Shown in pieces: positions 9,925-18,512 of a DNA stretch of 36,554 nt. The notes beneath the pieces were generated by a model that saw nothing but the letters and a program-made list of their open reading frames with translations, was not told where the DNA came from and did not search any database. Source of the DNA: Methanomicrobiales archaeon (GTDB lineage: Archaea; Halobacteriota; Methanomicrobia; Methanomicrobiales; Methanospirillaceae). Each line of letters opens with the position of its first letter. Positions within the stretch are counted from its first letter, which is position 1. The stretch lies in NCBI GenBank assembly GCA_037137755.1, contig JBAXJR010000024.1, forward strand, positions 1 through 36,554, written 5' to 3'. Both the position numbers and the translations under genes were made by a program.

Positions 9925-12393
9925 TTAATACGGGTTGCTGGTCAGGCGCTTGCAAATGCGTGCGGCAGTAATCCAGGCGTATTTTTTTCCGTATTCATCA
10001 ACGCTTCCATACCACAGGACAGGGATTGTGTACCAGAGCAGTGCAAGGAGGTACTGTTCAGGATTTTCATCGAGTACCGTAACCAGGTCGGCATAATACC
10101 GGAGTTTTCGTAGTACGCGGAACGCTTTTTCCGTATCCATGGGCAGGTCACGGCCTGGTAGTACGGGGATATCACCAAGACCTTTGAATGCGATAAAGTG
10201 TTGATCCCATCCCGCCATCCTGCATACATCATCATCAGATGAAAACGTCATCATTTCTGTTCGGATGACTGTTTCCATCTTTGCTATATCCCGGAGGTTG
10301 TGGGTAACCCGTGTATCTGAAAAATCGATAAGCCACATGTGCCCTTCCTGGTCAAGCAGGACATTTTTAAGGTTTAAGTCACCGTGCTGGGGGGCCGTGT
10401 ATGCAGGTTTTGCAGATGTTATCCTCGTTGGCATGACCTGCTCAATGAAATAGAGCGGGTTTACGGATTTTCCAAGATTGCACGGGAGTGAAATTTCAGG
10501 ATCTGATGCAGTAACTCCGAAATGAGACAGGGCATATTCCTTTGATTTTTCATACAAAGGAGGCCTCATGTACTCCTGGTACAGCGCTACTTCACGACGG
10601 ACCGGTTGGCCATACCACGTGTTGAGCACAATACGAAAGAGGTGTTCAAAGGCAGCTTCGATTTTTTCGGGTGTTTGTGACCGGTAATAGTGTTCAAGTG
10701 AGACAAGGGTACTGGAAGGGCTGGCGATTCCGACAAAATTGTACAGTATTCCCCCAAATTCACCAACTTTGCGGTGCTGGATAAGCCTTGTGGAACTGTT
10801 CAGGATATACCGCTCCACGTGATCGGTATACCCCCTGACTTCGTCTGAGATCATTGACCAGGAGCCGAGTTTCATCACGAATGGCATTTGTTCCCTGCCT
10901 GCCCGGTCTATAACTCTGGCCCGGAAGACAAGAGAGCCACTAAATCCGCCGGAAATCTGTGAAAGGTAAATTATTTTGTTTCCCTGGTGAAGCTGACGTG
11001 TAATCTTTCCATACTGTTCATTCCACTCCGGGCATGGCTTTTCAAATTTGATTACAGGACCATCATCCCAACGCAGGCTGTCAATATACGAAACCCCGAT
11101 AAGTGCTCTCCCGATACCCGTTCCTGCGGTCAGGTGATACATGCCGGCAACCTCCCCCTCTGATCCGACTTTTGCTATTGCCCTGTCAATATCGGTGTCA
11201 GGCTCCCAGCTCATGGATTTAAAAAGGACCCCAAGGATATGTGAGAATACGGGTGTCCCCTCTGTCGAAAGGCCCCCGGAAAAAATTGAAGAGATAATCT
11301 CCTGGTCAATTCCTGTTTCAACCGAACGGTCATAGATGACTCCGAAACAGGCAAGTGTCCCCTCTTCGCCAAGCTCAATCATGGACTTCCTGAACCATTC
11401 GTCATGGTTACCATTTGACCAGATCGGCTCCCTGTTTTTCGGTCTGTTGGCTTCAACGGGAGACTTTTCGAGGGAAATCGTTTCATAATGACATGTCCGG
11501 GCAAGAATTTTTACTGCCAGGACACCGCTGTTATGTTCTCCCCGTTCTTTTGCGCGGTCACAGAGGTATGAATAGATATCCCCAAGCGTGATTTCCCTCC
11601 CAGGGCATATCCCGGGTTCAACCAGGAGGGTTTCATGAACCTCTGCATCCAGAACTAACGAACACGCAGTAAATACTCCGGGGATTTCCTGAACCAGCTG
11701 TGAATCATGCATTCCTGATTGTACATTCTCAGCTGGCAGGACGTAGTCGGCAGCACCCCCTCCAGGTGGTGCCCATGCTATCATCCTGCCCGTTACAACC
11801 ATGTCCCCGAGGATTCCGAAACATTCACCCTGTGATGGTCCAAAAGCACCAATGCCAACGGCATAGGTATTCTGCCTGATTTGCAGTGGCAGAAGGTCTT
11901 CTGTTTTCAGCCCGGATTGCTGTGCCTCTTTCCAGGGACCAGAAGAGATGAGTCCCGCCTCTCCTTCCGAAACAGGCAGATACCTTACCGTCGCGGAACT
12001 GTTCAGTATTCCCGGGAGTATTTTCCATTGAATGGGTAGCGGTCCTTCGAAAGACCTGTCCTGTACGGACCGGACAGCCAGCTCAACCGTTGTGAATTGG
12101 GGGAATATCCGGTTGAATCCTGAAACTTCCAGCACCTTTCTGGAAAACTCTCCAGTCCCGGCGAGCATAACCTGCCCATTCTTACTCTTCCTGATTTTAT
12201 ATGCCCCATGGAGAGCGCGGATGCCGCCGCTGGAGAGGTATGGGACAGAACTCATATCGATGATCAGGTGGTTTTCTTCATCAGTGGTGACCCGGTCAAT
12301 ATATGGATTGAGTACGAGGGCTCCTTCGGCATCCAGTCTTCCTTTCAGTGTCAGGACCGTGCATCCTACCCGTTTATCAACCGTAATTTCCAT
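9925..12393 (-). CDS. STAS (anti-anti-sigma-like) domain + unknown central domain + phosphotransferase/kinase-fold domain
   Basis: N-terminal LKGRLDA..LIIDMSSVPYLSSGGIRAL..VLEVSGF. C-terminal GGFSGSLVF, VMK, HGDLNLKN and WLIDFS. Confidence 0.8.
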   Translation of the reverse strand: MEITVDKRVGCTVLTLKGRLDAEGALVLNPYIDRVTTDEENHLIIDMSSVPYLSSGGIRALHGAYKIRKSKNGQVMLAGTGEFSRKVLEVSGFNRIFPQFTTVELAVRSVQDRSFEGPLPIQWKILPGILNSSATVRYLPVSEGEAGLISSGPWKEAQQSGLKTEDLLPLQIRQNTYAVGIGAFGPSQGECFGILGDMVVTGRMIAWAPPGGGAADYVLPAENVQSGMHDSQLVQEIPGVFTACSLVLDAEVHETLLVEPGICPGREITLGDIYSYLCDRAKERGEHNSGVLAVKILARTCHYETISLEKSPVEANRPKNREPIWSNGNHDEWFRKSMIELGEEGTLACFGVIYDRSVETGIDQEIISSIFSGGLSTEGTPVFSHILGVLFKSMSWEPDTDIDRAIAKVGSEGEVAGMYHLTAGTGIGRALIGVSYIDSLRWDDGPVIKFEKPCPEWNEQYGKITRQLHQGNKIIYLSQISGGFSGSLVFRARVIDRAGREQMPFVMKLGSWSMISDEVRGYTDHVERYILNSSTRLIQHRKVGEFGGILYNFVGIASPSSTLVSLEHYYRSQTPEKIEAAFEHLFRIVLNTWYGQPVRREVALYQEYMRPPLYEKSKEYALSHFGVTASDPEISLPCNLGKSVNPLYFIEQVMPTRITSAKPAYTAPQHGDLNLKNVLLDQEGHMWLIDFSDTRVTHNLRDIAKMETVIRTEMMTFSSDDDVCRMAGWDQHFIAFKGLGDIPVLPGRDLPMDTEKAFRVLRKLRYYADLVTVLDENPEQYLLALLWYTIPVLWYGSVDEYGKKYAWITAARICKRLTSNPY

Positions 12394-12657
12394 GATCCCT
12401 TACGCCCCGAAAAGATCAATTTGACCATTCTCACCATATCCAGCAGGAGTGAACACCATGGATCTGGAATTCCTACCGGAATAGATGTTTTGGAATGAAT
12501 CCGGGACTGGTGAATCTACTCAAATATAACAGCAAGGGTCCAAATTGCAGTTGGTTGGTATTATAGGGTAAATGCTATTAGTACTTTGCATCGTAAGAGG
12601 GACCCGGCAGAACCGGAAGTATCAAGGTGTACCATTCTGAATTCATCTGATAGCCCA

Positions 12658-13143
12658 ATGAACACACAATCACTACGCTCTCCGGTCCTTCTTATCATCT
12701 GTATTGCAATCCCATTGCTTGCAGGGGTAGCGGGTTCTTTTTCCACGATGTCATCAATTGCCACTTGGTATACGGGTTTAATAAAACCCGTGCTTACTCC
12801 TCCGAACTGGTTATTCGGGCCTGTATGGACCACATTGTATATCCTGATGGGTATTGCGCTGTATCTTGTCATCAGGGAAGGTACCGAAAAGAAACCCGTT
12901 CAACTGGGAATTATGGTATTTGCAGCGCAGTTAATCGTTAATGTAGTGTGGTCCCTGGTATTTTTCGGTCTCCAGTCACCATTATTGGGCCTGATCACAA
13001 TCCTGGTCCTTATTGCCCTGGTACTTGCCACGATCTATTTCTTCTACCATGTCTCCAGAACCGCAGCAGTACTTCTTGTCCCCTATATTGTGTGGGTATG
13101 TATTGCCACCTACCTAAATGCCATGATCCTGGTATTGAACTAA
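12658..13143 (+). CDS. tspO: TspO/MBR-family tryptophan-rich sensory membrane protein
   Basis: WY..L.KP..TPPNWLFGPVWTTLY, QL..N..WS.VFFG, LLVPY..W...A.YLN; about five TM segments. Confidence 0.92.
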   Translation: MNTQSLRSPVLLIICIAIPLLAGVAGSFSTMSSIATWYTGLIKPVLTPPNWLFGPVWTTLYILMGIALYLVIREGTEKKPVQLGIMVFAAQLIVNVVWSLVFFGLQSPLLGLITILVLIALVLATIYFFYHVSRTAAVLLVPYIVWVCIATYLNAMILVLN

Positions 13144-13160
13144 AATCTACCCATTTCTTT

Positions 13161-13967
13161 TTATTTTCCTCCATAGGACCTGACATGGTCCCAGGCCTTG
13201 TGATAGTCCGAATATTCCGGGTCTGCTTCATCGTATATCCCCGGTTGTTCTCTCTGGTACTGTTTCCGGTCTTCCCCTACCGGGCAGACCTTGATGCAGA
13301 ACCCGCAGGGTGAGATATACCTCTTTAAAAGTTCTTCAGAGCGTGCTGTGCAGGTCTTCTTATTCGTAAGCCCTGCCGGGTAATCTTCTTCCTCTAAAGC
13401 GTTGACAGGACAGATTGTAACGCACCGCATACAGTGTGTGCAAAGGGGCGTATGCATTACTTCCATTCCCCCAATCTTTGCATGGGTGAAAATCGAGGTA
13501 AACCGTACTCTCGGGCCATAGCCAGGGGTGAGTATCATGTTATTTACACCGAAATTACCCAGGCCCGCGAGAAAGGCAGCATGCCGGTGTGAAAAAAACG
13601 CTACCGGGTTTTCTTTTAACACACTGATTGATCCGTAACCATCCCGTGGAACTGCGATTGAAGGAAAACCGAGTCCGTTAAGCATGAGGGAGATCCGCAG
13701 ACTGCTCTGGTCAAGCATGGTGTTAACTGTTTTATAGAGTTCATGATAGAATATCGAAGGTGAAGTTTCCAGGACTGGCAGACTGACCGGTATGCCGATC
13801 ACAATAACTGTATTTGTTCCCGGGTATATTGCCCCGGGGCGGAACTGTTCTGGTATCCATGGTTCGAAGAGTGGTTCATCCCAGCGCTCAGCCGGTGCAA
13901 ACCCGACAAGCGGGATATCAAGTTCTGCACATTTATTTACCACCTGGAGCTGAAGCGGCAGGGTCAT
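13161..13967 (-). CDS. QueG (epoxyqueuosine reductase)/reductive dehalogenase-like cobalamin-Fe-S protein
   Basis: VGFA, FSHRHAAFLAGLGNFG.NNMI.TPGYGPRVRF, CTHCMRCVTICP and C..CGFCIKVCPVG (two 4Fe-4S sets). Confidence 0.8.
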   Translation of the reverse strand: MTLPLQLQVVNKCAELDIPLVGFAPAERWDEPLFEPWIPEQFRPGAIYPGTNTVIVIGIPVSLPVLETSPSIFYHELYKTVNTMLDQSSLRISLMLNGLGFPSIAVPRDGYGSISVLKENPVAFFSHRHAAFLAGLGNFGVNNMILTPGYGPRVRFTSIFTHAKIGGMEVMHTPLCTHCMRCVTICPVNALEEEDYPAGLTNKKTCTARSEELLKRYISPCGFCIKVCPVGEDRKQYQREQPGIYDEADPEYSDYHKAWDHVRSYGGK

Positions 13968-14217
13968 GATAGCAGTGTATTGTATACAAGGGCTACATGA
14001 ATTTTCACATTTTCCCTCGGATGATTGCAGATTTCATGTTACAGAATAGCTTCCGGGAAATTAATTTCTATATATCATTCACAAATCCCCATTCCCGATA
14101 ATGAAAATCCCTGGTACTATCTGCAGTCCTGGACTGAATACCGCGTTCTAACTTTGATACCCTGTAAGAGAAGCTTTAATGCATGTGCACGGGCATTTTG
14201 CTGTATTAAAAAAACGG

Positions 14218-14223
14218 GGAGGT
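14218..14223 (+). promoter_or_regulatory. Shine-Dalgarno GGAGGT
   Basis: GGAGGT lies 4 nt before GTG 14228. Confidence 0.6.
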
Positions 14224-14227
14224 AATC

Positions 14228-15889
14228 GTGGACGGAGATGAGATATCAGTCCTGATCGGAGGAAGGGCCGGTGACGGTGTCAGTAGCGCAGGGCAGGTTG
14301 TTGCACAAATGCTTGCTCACATGGGATACCAGGTGCATATGTATTTTGATTACCCCTCTCTCATCAAGGGAGGCCATAATTTTGCAATAATCCGGGGCGC
14401 AGAGCGACAGGTGGGTGCTGTGCGCGAAAGCGTCGATTTCATCCTTGCACTCAACCAGGAAACAATCGAACTGCATAAGAAAAAACTGAATCCCGGGGGG
14501 GTTATAATTTGTAACGGGGATAATGCCCATCACCCCGGAGCCGTACAGGTACCGATAGGCTCGATTCTCAACAATGAGCAGGCACCCGCAGTTATGGGAA
14601 ATTCAGCAATTATCGGGGCATTTTTAAAAGTAGCAGGGATTGACTGGGATGTGGCAGAAGAGGTATTCCCGGAAGCCGTCCCGAAAGAGACTGATCAGAA
14701 CCTGCGCGTTGCCCGCCAGGCATATGATGCAGCCGATCTACAGGCGACGGTGAAGAAACTTCCCGGCAGGAGGCTCCCTGTAATGACCGGAAATGAAGCG
14801 ATTGGCATTGGTCTCCTCGAAGGAGGAATAACAGTATATTTTGCGTATCCCATGTCCCCCACCTCAAACCTTATGCATTTCTTTGCAGCCAACACGGATG
14901 AGTTCCATATCCGTGTTATCCAGCCCGAGGGTGAGATCGCGGGGGTCCTCAATGCCCTTGGCTGTTCCTATGCGGGGGCCCGGGCAGCAATCGGGACATC
15001 AGGGGGAGGGTTCTGCCTGATGACTGAGGCCCTGGGACTTGCCGGCATCGCCGAACTCCCCCTTGTTATTGTCCTTGGCCAGAGGGCCGGACCAAGTACC
15101 GGCCTTGCAACCTACACCGCACAATCAGACCTCCTTTTTGCACTGAATGCCGGACATGGGGACTTTCCAAGGTTTATTGCAGCACCAGGGGATACTACCG
15201 AGGCAAGGAACTGGTCAAGGATAGCCACTGTATTAGCGTGGAAATACCAGGTACCTGCCATAATTTTATCGGATAAGATCATCTGTGAGGGGTTGTACAG
15301 TACAGACCCTGATCTCTCTGTAGATTGCCATGCAGAACCCGTTATGGCCGATCCTGGTGTTCACCCGTACATGAGATACCAGGTTACCGGGTCAGGCATT
15401 TCGCCCTTACGGTTTCCTCCTTCTGCCGGAGACTGGATAAAAGTGAACAGCCATGTGCATGACACGGATGGTACTACCGCAGAAGAACACTGGGTCGCGA
15501 AAGCGATGGCAGATAAACGGAATATCAAGGTCGCAGGTATGAGGGAGGAGGTCGAGGGACTGAATCCCGTGGAAGTCACGGGAAATACGAATTCCGATGG
15601 TGCTCTCCTCACGTGGGGTTCGAACAAGGGTGCCTGCGATGAAGTTGGAAAACTCCTTGACCTCCGGGTGATCAGGCCCATTGTCGTTTGCCCGTTCCCG
15701 GAACGATCGTTTGCAAATGCCATGAAGGGTGTCAGGAGGTTTTATTCGGTTGAGACGAACGAGACCGGGCAGCTGGCCAGGCTGGTCAGCCAGTCCGGGT
15801 ACCGTGCAAACGGCCTGGTCCTGAAATATGATGGACGGCCGTTTACTATCGAAGAACTGACTGCACGGGTCAGGGAGGTAATTTCATGA
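14228..15889 (+). CDS. korA: 2-oxoacid:ferredoxin oxidoreductase alpha subunit (gamma-alpha fusion)
   Basis: GGRAGDGV, YPSLIKGGHN, MTGNEA, YPMSP, TSGGGF.LM.E, QRAGPSTG, KYDGRPF. Substrate specificity cannot be read from the sequence. Confidence 0.88.
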   Translation: MDGDEISVLIGGRAGDGVSSAGQVVAQMLAHMGYQVHMYFDYPSLIKGGHNFAIIRGAERQVGAVRESVDFILALNQETIELHKKKLNPGGVIICNGDNAHHPGAVQVPIGSILNNEQAPAVMGNSAIIGAFLKVAGIDWDVAEEVFPEAVPKETDQNLRVARQAYDAADLQATVKKLPGRRLPVMTGNEAIGIGLLEGGITVYFAYPMSPTSNLMHFFAANTDEFHIRVIQPEGEIAGVLNALGCSYAGARAAIGTSGGGFCLMTEALGLAGIAELPLVIVLGQRAGPSTGLATYTAQSDLLFALNAGHGDFPRFIAAPGDTTEARNWSRIATVLAWKYQVPAIILSDKIICEGLYSTDPDLSVDCHAEPVMADPGVHPYMRYQVTGSGISPLRFPPSAGDWIKVNSHVHDTDGTTAEEHWVAKAMADKRNIKVAGMREEVEGLNPVEVTGNTNSDGALLTWGSNKGACDEVGKLLDLRVIRPIVVCPFPERSFANAMKGVRRFYSVETNETGQLARLVSQSGYRANGLVLKYDGRPFTIEELTARVREVIS

Positions 15890-16740
15890 AGGGGAGCGAT
15901 CTGATCAGCCACGCGAAAAACACCTGGTGCCCGGGTTGCGGTAATTTTATCGTGCAGCATGCGCTGAAAGATGTTATTTCTGACCTTGGATCAGAAGGGT
16001 ATCCTATTGAAAATTTTGTCCTGGTGGCAGGGATCGGACAGCATGCAAAAATATTTGATTTTATGAACCTTAACGGGTTTTATTCCCTCCATGGCCGTAC
16101 AATTCCGGTGGCTACCGGGATTAAGCTTGCAAATCCCGGTCTGAAAGTTCTCTGTATTGCAGGTGACGGGGATTGTTATGCAGAAGGAATTGAGCACCTG
16201 ATCTTTGCAGCAAAACGGAACGTCGATATTACCGTGATGGTACATAACAACCGGGTCTATGGCCTGACGACCGGGCAGTTCACCCCGACATCCCCGTCCG
16301 GGTTTCATGGGAGATCCACCCCGAAAGGGGAACAAGAGAACCCCCTGAACCCGCTGGACCTGGTGCTTGCGTCCGGAGCGACATTTATCGGCAGGGGATA
16401 TACCGGAAGACGGGAGCAACTCAAATTCCTGTTGCGTACAGCGTTGTTGCACAAGGGTTTCTCATTCATAGATAACCTCCAGGTATGTGCGACCTACTAT
16501 AACCTGACTGATTATTACAACGAAAGAGTCTACGACTGGGATGCATGCTCTTCCGGCGATTACCTGGTGGCCCATCAACGAGCACGTGAGTGGGACTACA
16601 ATGCTGACGCAAAGATAGGTCTTGGAATAATGTACCAGCATGAGGCACCTACCTATGAAGAGGGCTATCCGGTGCCGGTGTCTTTGTCAGAAGAAGAAAG
16701 AGGTCATGCAATCCGGAAATTCATGGACTCAAGATTGTGA
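15886..16740 (+). CDS. korB: 2-oxoacid:ferredoxin oxidoreductase beta (TPP-binding) subunit
   Basis: WCPGCG, LHGR, GDGD...NN.VYGLTTGQ.TPT; ATGA overlap with the alpha subunit. Confidence 0.9.
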   Translation: MKGSDLISHAKNTWCPGCGNFIVQHALKDVISDLGSEGYPIENFVLVAGIGQHAKIFDFMNLNGFYSLHGRTIPVATGIKLANPGLKVLCIAGDGDCYAEGIEHLIFAAKRNVDITVMVHNNRVYGLTTGQFTPTSPSGFHGRSTPKGEQENPLNPLDLVLASGATFIGRGYTGRREQLKFLLRTALLHKGFSFIDNLQVCATYYNLTDYYNERVYDWDACSSGDYLVAHQRAREWDYNADAKIGLGIMYQHEAPTYEEGYPVPVSLSEEERGHAIRKFMDSRL

Positions 16741-16794
16741 TGCGGGAAGGATTCACATCTTCATTATTGATGTGAATGCAGCAGGTCCCCGGGA

Positions 16795-17649
16795 ATGTTT
16801 TTAAGTTGCGCTGACAGATTTAGACGATTAATGAGTTCGCCGATATTAAGGCTAAAATTTTATATCATTCTCCTCGCCCTGGTTCTTACTACAGGGGTTG
16901 CGGGTTTTATCCTTCTTGAGGGTCTTTCGCCCCTTGATTCTGTATACCTCACGATTGTAACTATTTCGACCGTCGGGTATGGAGATATCACCGCAAAGAC
17001 CGATGCCGGCAAGGTACTCGAAATTTTCGTAATTCTTGCAGGTGTGGGGACCTTCATCTTCGTTGCAGCCAACTCGATTGAATTAACTCTCGGGCGGAAA
17101 GAAGCGATTGAAAGGACGAGGAAAGTAAATATGATCGTCGGGGTGTTCTTTTCTGAGGCAGGAACACCGTTGATCCGGAAACTGAAACGTTCAATAACCG
17201 GAAGCGATGCATTGAATAGTACCCTGTTCGTGCAGCCCGAATGGACTGAACGGGACTTCCAGGACGCAAAGATGCGCCTCGGGACCCTGGATTTTGAAAT
17301 CGATATCCATACGGTAGACCTGTTGGAAATCCACCAGTTGCTCAGGGGAAAACGGACCCTTTTCGTACAACTCCTGCAGCACCCTGTACTATTTGAACAT
17401 GAGGCGTTTACAGACCTCCTGAATGCGGTATTTCATCTTGAAGAGGAGTTATCAGCGAGGGAAATTTTCGAGGACCTTCCTGAAACTGACCTTAACCACC
17501 TGGCAGGTGATACGAAAAGGGTTGTATCACTCATTGTCATTCAATGGCTCGAATATATGCTTCACCTTAAAACGAATTACCCGTACCTCTTCTCTCTTGC
17601 GGTGAGGACGAACCCGTTCAGTAACATCAGTTCACCCGTGGTCAGGTGA
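16795..17649 (+). CDS. 2-TM potassium channel pore protein with helical C-terminal domain
   Basis: TISTVGYGD selectivity filter between two TM helices. Alternative start at ATG 16831. Confidence 0.85.
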   Translation: MFLSCADRFRRLMSSPILRLKFYIILLALVLTTGVAGFILLEGLSPLDSVYLTIVTISTVGYGDITAKTDAGKVLEIFVILAGVGTFIFVAANSIELTLGRKEAIERTRKVNMIVGVFFSEAGTPLIRKLKRSITGSDALNSTLFVQPEWTERDFQDAKMRLGTLDFEIDIHTVDLLEIHQLLRGKRTLFVQLLQHPVLFEHEAFTDLLNAVFHLEEELSAREIFEDLPETDLNHLAGDTKRVVSLIVIQWLEYMLHLKTNYPYLFSLAVRTNPFSNISSPVVR

Positions 17650-17788
17650 ACTGCAACCTGGCCGGCAAAGGGTATTGAAAATTTTCATGCAACTCTCTTT
17701 TTTATCCTCTATGCCCCTGTTAAAAATAGAAAGGAACACCATTTTCTTTATCTGAGGTTCACCAGGGTTCTTCATTTTATCCGTATAC

Positions 17789-17925
17789 CCCGCAGCTTGC
17801 TGCGGGAAGAAGGAAGGCGATCTAAGATTAAGGTGAACCAAGGACTATCTAGTCAACACAACAACAAGGCAGCGGTGCGAATCATGCCCCGTTGCTTGCA
17901 GCGGGGTGCACCGATGCAGTTTGAC
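17789..17925. mobile_element. Putative non-autonomous IS200/IS605-like (PATE/MITE) remnant with two related hairpins
   Basis: CCCGCAGC-TT-GCTGCGGG (17789-17806) and GCCCCGTTGC-TT-GCAGCGGGGT (17886-17907) share orientation and GCTTGC apex. Exact ends are uncertain. Confidence 0.5.
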
Positions 17926-18065
17926 TACCGGGATAAAAAACCGGAGTTATTCCTCACATAATCATGAAATTGTCTTCTCGTCCCACGAAAAAAAGGTATG
18001 TAATTTTTGATAGATGGATTTGGGAACTATCTCCCGGGTATTGATCTTTTCACCGTTTCAGAATG

Positions 18066-18428
18066 TTATTGTACCCCACATCTTTTCAGAGTCCAGTCCT
18101 TTGTTGCCCCGCAACGCCTGCATTTTGGCACGCCGTCAATTACTGAAATACTGTGGTTTGAATTACACCTTTTTTTCTGAAATGCTGACAGAAGGCCTGT
18201 CATTCCGCATTTCCTGCACATCAACTTCCCCATTACCGGGTTAATATCATGATTCTCCACACAGGCCGAGTCAAACTCTCCGGTAGTCCTCCCACATTTT
18301 TTACAGAGTACTTTTCCTGCCATTCCGGCAATATCATGGGTCCCGGTGCAGGAGCCCCCAAAGTCTGAAACGCGGCCACATGCAGTGCATATTGATAACC
18401 CCTGGAATGAAACGATGTTATGGTCCAA
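18066..18428 (-). CDS. Small protein of four His/Cys repeats (putative Zn-binding)
   Basis: Four H-x-I-x4-G-x3-C-x2-C-G-xn-C units. TTG start preceded by GGGTG. Confidence 0.7.
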   Translation of the reverse strand: MDHNIVSFQGLSICTACGRVSDFGGSCTGTHDIAGMAGKVLCKKCGRTTGEFDSACVENHDINPVMGKLMCRKCGMTGLLSAFQKKRCNSNHSISVIDGVPKCRRCGATKDWTLKRCGVQ

Positions 18429-18461
18429 AATTTTACACCCGGATAGTAGTAGAGTACAAGA

Positions 18462-18476
18462 GGATAATAATTATCC
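18462..18476. promoter_or_regulatory. 7-1-7 palindrome GGATAAT-A-ATTATCC, candidate operator
   Basis: Perfect inverted repeat 34 nt upstream of the 18428 start; 13/15 match to the Bacillus Fur 7-1-7 consensus TGATAATnATTATCA. Confidence 0.4.
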
Positions 18477-18512
18477 CTGGTAGTGGTACCCGGACTAGCG
18501 GTTACCCCCTGA

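Noticed and set aside
17676-17687. Palindrome TGAAAATTTTCA (similar one at 25146-25156)
   Set aside because: Low-complexity A/T palindromes downstream of genes; likely chance or terminator-related.
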